From contig CDMY01000425.1 in assembly GCA_001179505.1 (NCBI GenBank), positions 1 through 64,000 of the forward strand: 64,000 nt of DNA. The letters are read 5' to 3'. The translations under genes and the position numbers were made by a program. Shown piece after piece: positions 37,769 to 47,711 of this stretch. The stretch comes from Vitrella brassicaformis CCMP3155 (Eukaryota > Protista > Chromerida). How positions within the stretch are numbered: the stretch's first letter is position 1; each line of letters opens with the position of its first letter. Below the pieces are notes generated by a model. It worked only from the letters and a program-made list of their open reading frames with translations, searched no databases and was not told the DNA's origin.

Positions 37769-39552
37769 TCACACTACTCTATCTACGGGCTCGGTCACTT
37801 GCCAAGCCATCATCTCCCCTTCCCCTCCCTCCCTCATGACGATGTGATAGTTCCTCTCCCTATATCTGCCGGGCAGCCTCTTCCTCGACAGCGTCGTGTC
37901 CATGTGCAGATGCTTCCGCAGAAGAATGTGCGGGGGCAGCTGCAGGGCATCGGGGTCGGCCGTGATGATTTCGCTACTGCCGTTGTGGCTGTGGGTGTGG
38001 GGGAAGGACTCATGTCTGCCTTGGGCGATCATCTCGAGCAGCGCGCAGTAGCAGGCGGGCGTGTAGTGGTGCGGGAACCTCGGCAGAGCCGCCAGCTCCT
38101 GAAACGGACACCACAGACAGACAGACAGACAGACAGAAAGCAGGCACATGCGAACACCCGTGTGTGTGAGTATCTGTGCAATCAATCAACTATATATACC
38201 GCATGCGAGACCTGCCCCTTGAGGACGGCGATTATAGCCTTGGCCTGCACCTCCATGCAGAAGAAGAACCCGCCGGTCCCAAATGGCAGCCCCACGAAGA
38301 ACAGGCTGGCTGGGTGGCTCTTGTGGAACACGTGCAGGTGGAGGGCGTCAAACAGGCACTGTGGGTCATCCGCTGTGCCCGACGGGATCAGCCCGCTCCC
38401 GGGAGCGAAGAACGGGAAATCTGAATGTCGTACGTACAACACAACACCACAATAAATAATAGTGTGCCGTGCCGCAGTGGCCTGCTCGTTTGTACCCACC
38501 ATACCGTATGTGTATCCCGTCGCCCATATGACGGCATCGATTGTGTCGGTGCTGGTGACCAGCCGCCCGTCGCTCCCCACGCTGATGTACCGGCCGTCCT
38601 CCTCGACACCTTCAGTGCGGCCCACCAAACGCACGTTGGCTGGCAGCTTGGCCGCTAGGTCAGCCGCTGTGTCGGCGTCTGTGAATTGCGTGCCCGACCA
38701 CACAACGGTAGTCGCGACGCTGCTGAGCTCCCACACCAAATCTGCCACACACGAGAGGAGGGACAGGGAAAGAACGACCTAGATGGACAGGCGCCTCTGA
38801 TATGACTGTGGGAGGTTCATTCACGTATGGGCGTACCCGATCCCGACCAGCTGCCGCCGACCACAAGCACCCGCTGGTTGGCGTATGCTGACGGCTCGCG
38901 GTAGTATTTCGAGTGCGTAGACGGCCCACGAAACCCCATCTTTATCAGTCTCGGATACCGCGGCTTGTTGTAACGCCCATTCGCCACCACTAGAGCGTCG
39001 TACAGCCGCTCCTCGCCGTTGATCCGCCAGCCGCCCTCCACCGCTGCGCCTTCCCTGCCAGCTGCCACGTACTCGGCTGAGTGGACAGTCGTGTTGAAGG
39101 CAATCGAGTCACGGAGGGCGAAGCGGTCGGCGTATGCCTGCAGGTAGCTGAGCACGTCTGTGTGCTTGATGAAGGAGGGCAGGGATGGGTCGAAGGGGAC
39201 GTCGCTGAAGCCCATGATCTCCTTGGGTATGTTGGTGCTAAGCGAATCATACATGACCGAGCGGTCGCCGTACACCCATATGCCGCCGACCTGACCCAAT
39301 GACTCCAAGACGCGCACAGCGAAGCCGGCGTCACGGAGATGCCGGGCTGCCACAAGCCCACCTGCAACAGGCAAAGAAAGATACAGACAACACGACACGG
39401 GCAGACAAACAATTCCAGAGCATACCTGCTCCGGCGCCAATCACGGCGACACTCTTCCGATGGTCAATCACATCAATGGATTGGGCCACAAGGGCAAGAA
39501 TTGAATGCCTCGCAGAAGCGGCGGTTTGGCTCGTGCGCTCCTCCTCTTCCAT
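37769..39552 (-). CDS. Flavin-containing monooxygenase (class B, FMO-like)
   Basis: VAVIGAGAGGL (FAD), VGGIW, MYDSLSTNIPKEIMGFSD, VANGRY, THSKYYREP (FMO-identifying), VVGGSWSGSD (NADPH) and WATGY. Confidence 0.92.
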
Positions 39553-39559
39553 TTCCCCA

Positions 39560-39568
39560 TGCGAGCTC
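39560..39568 (+). promoter_or_regulatory. Candidate motif TGCGAGCTC in the 50-bp FMO/GLYK intergenic gap
   Basis: Read directly from the sequence. Confidence 0.5.
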
Positions 39569-39602
39569 AAAGAAAGAAGGTGGCGGAAGCTTCTGCGTAA
39601 AG

Positions 39603-41529
39603 ATGCTGTGGTTCGCCGGGCTGGCCTTGCTCGCAGCGTGCATCCGGTGCGCTTCGACGGAAGTTCGGCCTTCTTTCACGCCTCCGAGCAGACCCTCCAG
39701 GATTGGGAAATCGATGGGACACCAAAGCCCTGAGATCCGAGGTGAGGGAAAGATGGATGCCTTCATCGTACGCGTCAGTCATTGGCATCTCTTTCTTGTG
39801 GTCCACCAGGCACACCGTTCCCTGGCAAGATGGATGCTGCGTTTGGTTGGCTGATGGAGGACCACGACACGGCTCCCAAACCATATGCCTATCGGCGGCT
39901 GACGAGATCCAGATCGAGCACCATCGACACTGTCGCTGAGCCGCTCAACACGTACAGCAGCACCGCCGTGCGGTCGTACATTGAGGAGGGCCCTCTGTTC
40001 CACCTCGTCGCCCCAACGGTCGGTTCCCTGACCGATGAGCTGCCGCAGTGGATGGACAGGGGCAAGCTGCTGTCAGACGACCTGGGCTACGAGTGGTCGG
40101 CCCTGTCGACCGCCCAGGCAGCCCGCATATTCCACTACTACCTACCGGTCTATTTTTGGATCCACAGCTTCTGCAAGCGCAAGAGGGAGGCGGGTGGATT
40201 GCAGATGACGGCGGCTCCAGCGGCCCCGGCCCCTTCAGGTGGGGATGTCGGGACGGCAGGCCGGCCGATGAAGGGCGAGGGGGCCCTTTTGGTGGGCTTC
40301 AGTGCGCCGCAGGGGTGCGGCAAGACCACACTCGTCACGTTCCTCAAGGTCAGTCGGTCAACAGACAGACGAACAGGCATAAAATGAGAGCGAGTGGCAC
40401 TCACTCTTTGTTTGTTGTGTATCTATCTATCTTGTGTGTTGGCACCAGACTCTCTTCGAGCAGGAGGGCCTCACGTGCACTGTCGTCTCCATCGACGACT
40501 TCTACCTCACTGGCGAGGAGCAGGAGCAGCTCGCCAGAGCATACCCCGACAACCCACTTCTCAGGTACTTACGCAATCGCACACGCCGGCCACACGCAGC
40601 TCAGCTCACACCGATCCACTCCTTCCTCTTGTCTGTCTGTCTGACGTGCAGGTATCGCGGCAATGCGGGCAGCCACGATCTGCCGCTGGGTCGAGACACT
40701 CTCATGCGGCTGCAGAGCGCCAAGAAGGGCACGAGTGTGGCCGTCCCTCGCTACGACAAGTCGCTACGTGAAGGCAGGGGCGACCGGGCCCCTCAGGGGC
40801 AGTGGCCGACAGTCGAGGGGCCGGTGGACGTGGTGCTCTGTGAGGGCTGGATGTTCGGATTTCCGCCGCTGAGTGACGACGACCCAGCTCTCGACGGCGA
40901 CCCCAACCTCCAACTCGTCAACAGGTGCGGTGCACGGGGGGCCTCTTGTGAGTGGTGGCATGGGTCACCTACCTTTCGCTAAAAGGGAATGGCCCCTCTT
41001 GTGTGTGCTGCCTGTCTTTGTGTGTCGTTCAGACTACTGCGAGGCTATGAGCAGTGGGACGAGCTGATGGATGCGTGGATTGCCATCCAGGTAGTCAGTC
41101 ATATGACTCAAACAAAGGCAGCCATACGCACGAGCCGTCTCAGACAGCGTTGTGTGTGCTGTGTGTTGGTGTCATCAGATCGGCGATCCCAAGTGGGTTT
41201 ACGACTGGCGGCTGGAGCAAGAGCAGTAAGACAAGGGCACCACACACGGCAGGCATGCATCTCGCCCACCTGTCTGTCTGTGTCTTCATTATTCCCTCAG
41301 GGCGATGAAGAGCTCCGGCAAGCCCGGCATGACCGACCAGCAGGTGGGCGACTTCGTCGACCGGTTCATGCCAGCGTATCGCGCCTACCTGCCTCACGTC
41401 TACTCCAACGGCTGGAAGGCCGACAGGCCCGTGCTGCGCGTGCAGATCGACAAGTCGAGGTCGCCCATCCCCCTGGCAGACACTCCCACCCCCCAGCTGC
41501 TCAAACAGTACTTTAACAAAGAGGTGTGA
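39603..41529 (+). CDS. GLYK: D-glycerate 3-kinase (plant/fungal GLYK type) with bipartite plastid-targeting leader
   Basis: RIFHYYLPVYFW, GFSAPQGCGKTT, SIDDFYL, YRGNAGSHD, VPRYDKS...GRGDR, EGWMFGF, WVYDWRLEQE and DFVDRFMPAY. Exon 1 is MLWFAGLALLAACIRCAS- plus a transit-like segment, spliced in frame. Confidence 0.9.
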
Positions 41530-42420
41530 GCGTGTGACGGGTGGGAGGGAGGGAGGGAGGGAGGGAGGGGTGGGTGGTGAGTTTGTTGATGGGTGGGAAA
41601 AAAAAGAGAGAGAGAGAGAGAGAGGGGCGCTGAGCTTTTCGCTAGAGGCGGCGAGGCGTGGCACCTATCTATTGTCTTGTTGTTGTACAGCAAAGGCTGT
41701 GATCTTTCTGGTGAATGCAACATTTTGAATCGATCAGCGACTTCATAATTCATTCAGTGCCGATTCGTGTGTGGATGAATGTGATGTGGAGGGGCCTCGC
41801 CGCGCATACAGGCGGGACACGTAGTGTACAGTAGCAAAGAAGGTGAGGAGTGTTTTTGAGTCTCTCAGCAAGGACAGAGAGCGATTTTTTGTGTAGGCTG
41901 TTGACTGATTGATTGCTGACCGACACGGATGGACGGACAGTTGATCGATACCTTCCACACTTGAAGTGCTGATATCCCCCTCCCGGGCAGCTTATTCCTG
42001 TTGATGCAGACAATCCTTTCTCACGTAAAGTATTGCATTGAAACGGAAGCAGACATGGCAGTGCAGTGCAGTCGTAGGCAATGTATCGTCACCTGCCTCT
42101 CTCCCACGGCACACCCCAGCGCAGTAAGGGAGAAAAATTGGGGGAAAAGACGCTTGAACAAATGGTGCATGAAGCGGAGCAAAAATACTCATCCATCCAT
42201 CCATGCATCCCGTGCTTATACACACGTGTGGGTACAAGTGCAGTGTGTGCCATGCCGAGTGTAAGTATACGAACAGACGAGCTGCTTCGCCCGTGCCATC
42301 CACTGACGATCAATCAATCACTCCACCCACCACCACCACCCACCGACCCCCCCACACACACCGCGCCCACGCCCCTTTTGCTGGTCCCTATATCTCTTGT
42401 TTTCTCTCTCATCCCCCGTC

Positions 42421-43574
42421 TCATGCCAGCTGCTCGCTCCCCACCCTCTGGCGGCCCATGACGCCCGCCCCGCCGCCCCCAAGCCCTATGGCAGAGTTCC
42501 TCCGCTGCACGGCAAGGGAGCCGGCAGAGTTGCGGCGGCCTTGCGCCCCAATGGCCAGCATGCTGGCGCGGCGCTGCTTTGTTGTGATGCCAGCGGGGTC
42601 CAGGTTGTCGTGGGACGTCTGGATGCCGTACTGTTTCTCCAAATATTCACTGACAGACAAGACACGTACAGGGATGAGATGGGATGCCGGGGGGAAGAGA
42701 GGGAAGGGAAGGGAGGGGGGAGACACGAGTGACGGATGGGAGGCGGTGTGTAGGGTGTGTGTGTGTTTGGTGTGTGGACTGGACGTACTCGAAGTCTCCT
42801 GACTCTTGGTGGCGCACGTATTCCTTCTCCTTCATCTCGACCTCGCGGCCCTTGAGCTTGCCGCTGAAAGGAAGGCAAGACAGACAGATATTGGAAGGAC
42901 CATTGACTGCATCGATTTGATGATCCCCGCTAAAGGTTGCTCACTCACCACTCTGCCATCTTGATGAGGTCCCTCTCGTCCTTCTTTCTCAGCGTCTTCT
43001 CGGCACACAGGGCCACAGAGCTCTGAAACACACGTCACGCCCACATACAGACAGAGAGAGAGAGAGAGATGAAATGTCTCGTCACACACGGGCAAAATGC
43101 TCACCTCGAATCTCAGTTCCGCAGCGTCATAGTCGGCAGAGTACCTAGCCTTCCTAACCCGCTCCTCCATATTCTTCTGCACATTGATGTACTCCACACT
43201 GCCCCGCCGTCGATGGGGGTGATCGTGGGGGTGTGCCTCGCCCTCCCTCTGGAACGACATGAAGGCGCCGCTCTCGTCATCATCGGCCACCACGGCGGGC
43301 GAGGGCTGGTCGACGCTCGTCAGGTCGTCGATGGAGGCACCCACCAGGACACCCACCTTCGCAAGCTGTCTCAGACAGACAGACAGACAGCCACCACAGT
43401 CCGTCCTCCTGGGCGTGGCTGTCTTTTGGCTGTCTAGTGGTTTACGTTTGTGTGGTGTGCGTCACTGGATGCCCCGAACTTGAAGAGGTGCTCGGGGTTG
43501 GCCTTGGGGCTCTCGGGGCTGCCTCCCAGCGCCTTCTTGTCCTCCGTGCCTTTCGCTTCCTTCTTGACTGGCAT
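42421..43574 (-). CDS. Small hydrophilic protein of unknown function with several RRxS motifs (about 5 exons)
   Basis: MPVKKEAKG...|LAKVGVLVGASIDD...RRRGSVEY...|...KQRRASM...GRRNSAG...QRRNSAIG...EQLA*. Exons bounded by GT-AG. Confidence 0.6.
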
Positions 43575-43650
43575 GATGGCTCAAACAGTCGCAGAGAAAG
43601 GGGTCAAGACAGGTTAAGGGTACGGCAGAGCGGACTTCTTCCTGTCTTCC

Positions 43651-43674
43651 TGCGAGCTTGGAATCTTAGCTCGC
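43651..43674. promoter_or_regulatory. Inverted pair GCGAGCT-N9-AGCTCGC in bidirectional promoter (RRxS protein / acyltransferase)
   Basis: tgcgagcttggaatcttagctcgc. Confidence 0.6.
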
Positions 43675-43712
43675 GTGGATCGGCCTCCTTCCGATGCGTT
43701 CTGATACTGATC

Positions 43713-45398
43713 ATGAGAGATCTCGGCTTCTACGAAACGCTGCAGGCGTCGATGGGTCTCGTCATCAATGTTGGCGTCGTGTTGGAGTCGCCTGAACCCA
43801 TCACGCCATCTGCACTCACGGATGCGCTACGCAAAGCAGGTAGCACGAGCCAGCAGACCAGCCTGCCTGTCCATCTGTGTGAGTCTTTGCACACAGGTGA
43901 GCGCCACCCGTTCTTCCGGGCCCGTTTGATCAAGGGTGAGGACAGCAAGTGGCGGCTGGAGGAGAGGGATGCTGCAATGCCGCTTGAAGAATGCACCCAT
44001 GAAAGCGGCAGGCCCGTGGGTCGGGAGGAGTGGCAGGCCCAATTCCTTCGCTTCGCCGCACTTGTCAAGGGTGGGTGACCAGAGAGCAGATGGTCAAGGT
44101 GGTGACGTTGGCGACTTATGTGCATGTGGCATGCTCTTTGGTTGGCAGATTTCTCGGCCTCAACGGTGTTCGCGCAGCTGTGGACCTCGCGCAGCGAATC
44201 GTCGCTGATCAGCTGCATTTTCCTATCCATTCACCACTGCTGTAAGTTGGCCACCCATCACCACACCTGGGCAACCTTACCTTGTTGTGGTATGTTTCGT
44301 CACCTCAGGTATTGACGGTCCCGGTGCCTTCGCGGCGATGCACGACCTTCTCTCCTTCCTCTCTGACCCCTCGCGTCCTGTGACGCCACTGCCGCTCCGC
44401 GACCCATGTGCAGATTTGCCGATCGGCAAGATCCTCTCGCTCGACCCGCCGCCCGTCGCCGTCCTGATGGCGGAACCTCAGATGGCTGCCAAGTGTGAGG
44501 CCCCGCTGGCGGCCGATCAGATGGACGTCGCTACCATGTCCGACGATGAGAAGGCAATCAAGGGCAAGTTCATCGCGTTCACACCAGAGGTGCGCAGGGT
44601 GGAGTGGGGGATGAGAAGGCGTGGCTGCATTGACGGTGGGGGGGCTGTCTGTCTGTCTGTCTGTCTGTCAGGAGACGACTGAGCTGCTGCAGCGGGCGAG
44701 GAAGCACGCGGCGTCTGTCCAGGCCCTTCTGACGGTGGTTGGTCTCATTTCCGTGCACAAAGCCAACCGAGCGATGACTGAGGCAGACCCAGCAGCAGTG
44801 AAGCCGACCAAGGCAGTGGCTATGCTGGCGTATCAGGTGAGAAGACGAAACAAGGCGCAGATGCACTCTGTCGACGTGTGGCGTCGTTCCTTGTGTGCAG
44901 ATGCGCCCTCTGCTGACTTATGACCCTCCAGTCACTTCAGACGAGTGCATTGTCGGCGGTGGGGGCCTCTGGGTGTCGATCGACCTGGCTGACGAGTCCG
45001 CTTCTCTGTGGCATCTCGCGGCCGACGTCAAGCGGCAAATCCAAAGCGAGACCGACAGCGATGGTCCATTGCGGTTCTTCCGCCTGTTATTGAACCAGGA
45101 CCCCTTCCCAAAGACGACTCTCTTTGCCTCATCGATCGGCAAGACGCCTGTCGAGGGCACATACGGCCCCCTGACTGTGCGGGACGCCCTCTTTGTGGGC
45201 GGCGCTAACATTCGTGAACACGCGAGACCTAACGTGGCTTTACATGCGTTTGCGGCGGGTGGGCGGATGCACGTGACGGTCAGCTATGGGCCTGGCTATG
45301 GAAAGGAGAGAATAGCGAGTTTTGCGAGGTGCGTCGAGGGGGCTCTGAGGGCGTGCATGGAGGGCGATGGGGTCAGAGTGGCTGATGTGACGTTTTGA
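43713..45398 (+). CDS. CoA-dependent acyltransferase of condensation/PapA5/alcohol-acetyltransferase type
   Basis: RHPFFRARL; the HHxxxDG catalytic motif is formed across a splice (IHHC|CIDG); SVQALL; MRPLL; SSIGK. Confidence 0.8.
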
Positions 45399-45670
45399 TT
45401 GATTCATTGAGTGAGTGGTGGTGGTGGTGCTGATTGGGTTGTGTGGTGGACGTGTTCCATTTGCTGTATGTACAATTGATTGATTGTTCAATGATGACGT
45501 GAGTATGCGACACCTGTCCTGAATTCTGCACAGCCACACACAGCCACATCATGTCTATTCACATTCTGCCAGACCCACATCACACAGACGGAGGGCCGTA
45601 TTCTACCTACAGACACATACACACGCCCTCAATTAACTAATTCCCCCTGCCTCTCTCCCCCCCTCTCTGT

Positions 45671-47417
45671 CTACACGTCCGCCCCAAATAAGGATTGTGC
45701 AGCGTCCTGGCTGCTCGCACTGGTGTTGCTTTCGTCCTCCCCTCCCCCTTCCGCCCTCGTGTCGCTGTCGCCATCCTCACTCACTCGCAACGCGTTGCTC
45801 ACCGAGAACAGCACCGCACCCACCACCGACACAGCCAGCCCCAGCAGATACACCGGAGTGATGGTCACGTCGGGGAAAAGGGCCATGCCCGAGAGGTCGG
45901 CTGAGATGTTCTTGACATTGGATGTGACAGTCACGGTGAGGGGGGAGGTGTACTGGTTGGCGACCATCGATGAGAAGACCAGGAGGGCCCCCAGCAGAAG
46001 GGCGAAGCAGAAACACAGCTCGAACTCCACGGAGCGAGGCGTGAGGGTGGTCGTGAAGAAGTGTAATGCGTTGGCGACGTCCCCAGTGACCATGACCCAT
46101 AGCATAAGGAGGGGCAGGAAGGTGAGGGACTGGTATATCATCAGGCTGTACACCTCCCCCGCCGGGCCGCCCTGCTTTGCCTTTGGACGGGGGTGGGGGA
46201 TGGCCTCGAGGTCACGCTTCATCTCCACCAGGTATGCCGCCGCAAAGACGTTGGATAGGAGCACGAAGCACACGCCCTCGAACGTCAGATACCTGCATAC
46301 GTACAAAGAAAGAGTGAGTGACAATGATGGATGACGAGACGAGTGGGTGCGGATGTCTGTGTGCGGTGCGGTATGTCCACACATGTCGTTCCAACTCGCG
46401 ACGAAGGCCCCAACTACCTGCAAGGCAAGCAGTGGACGGACGGACGCAAACAGACACAAGAGTGACCAACACAGAGAGAGTGGTACAGCGTGCAGTGCAG
46501 TGCAGTGGCCAAACACTGCCTGCCCTGCGTGTGCATTGAATTCAGTCAGTACTTGCAGAACGACGGAAATGGTCACGGTGGCTGTGGGTGTCCAGCCAAA
46601 TCCCAAGTACTCGAACATAAGGGTGAACACCGTCCCCACCCGCAGAAGCGCGCTATTCGTCGGGATGTTCAGATAGGCCAGGCCGGCTAGGCCAGTGATA
46701 ATGCGCAAAAAGTTGTAGAGCGACAGGGGCAGAACCTGACAGCAGGCAACGCAGCGCAGCGGCAAACACCACACCCAGACAGATGACTACACTGCTCGCC
46801 CATTCACTCACTCACTCAGTGTGTAGACGCCCAGCCCACCTGCCATGCCCGCTTATATTCCCATTGGGGGTAGTCGATGAGCTTGAGGGCCTTGAGGCCT
46901 TCCAGCACCGCTATGCTCAGCACGTTCTGGCACAGCAGCAGCACGTTGATGAAGCGGAAGTGGAACGTAGTCAAAACCGCCCTGCCAACACGAACAGACA
47001 GACAGACAGACGCCCACACTCCCTCACTCCCACACGTCAGCGGCAGGGGCAGCACATCAGTGCACCAGATCAGTCCATCCATCTCCCTCTCACTTGTTGA
47101 ACAGGGTCATCCCAAGCGACACTCCGAAATAAAGCAGGTTGGCCTGCCATAGGCCACACATGCATATGCCATACTGCATTCATTGTCGATGCAGGTGCGT
47201 ATAGCGTGTGGCTCACCAAGAACTTTGCCCAGAGGCTGTGTGTGCGCCGTTTGTGGTCATCAGGGACCTTGAGGCAGAACTCCTTCTCCTCATCTTCGTT
47301 CTTCTGCGGCGCGGACTCCCTCTCGGGAGCGGCTGTCGAATCGGCGGGTGGGGGGTGCTCGGACGACAGATCGATGTCCTCATATGAGGCGACGCCGGCC
47401 TGTTCGCGTCTATCCAT
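45671..47417 (-). CDS. Nucleotide-sugar transporter (SLC35D/TPT-like)
   Basis: FRFINVLLLCQ, LNIPTNSALLR, GAFVASWND, SNVFAAAYL, TSPLTVTVTSNVKN; about 10 transmembrane segments. Confidence 0.85.
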
Positions 47418-47474
47418 TGCTATCCATCTCAACGAACGAACATCTCAAAGCGGTATTTACAATTGGTGATTTAG

Positions 47475-47542
47475 GGTCGATAATAAACGTTTCAAATGAG
47501 GCGAGCTGGGTCGATAATAAACGTTTCAAATGAGGCGAGCTG
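47475..47542. repeat. Perfect 34-bp tandem duplication in divergent promoter
   Basis: ggtcgataataaacgtttcaaatgaggcgagctg x2 (47475-47508, 47509-47542). Confidence 0.95.
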
Positions 47543-47711
47543 GTGAATGTACGAGGTGAGGCCCTGTAGCTGCATACTTTGCTGCCCACGCGCCTCGCTT
47601 CTTGATGGACTCCTCGTGCCGATGCGCGTTTTCTTGAGTTAACCCCGTGCCCACCCCCCAGCCCACCCCCGCCTCGCTGCGTTCTGTACAGCTGCCGTAG
47701 ACGCCTAAAGG

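Noticed and set aside
37769-45398. FMO + kinase + acyltransferase as a secondary-metabolite gene cluster
   Set aside because: GLYK is a primary-metabolism enzyme and there is no backbone synthase (PKS, NRPS or terpene) in the window.
47475-47542. 34-bp direct repeat as a CRISPR array
   Set aside because: Two abutting copies, no spacer, no cas genes, eukaryotic context.
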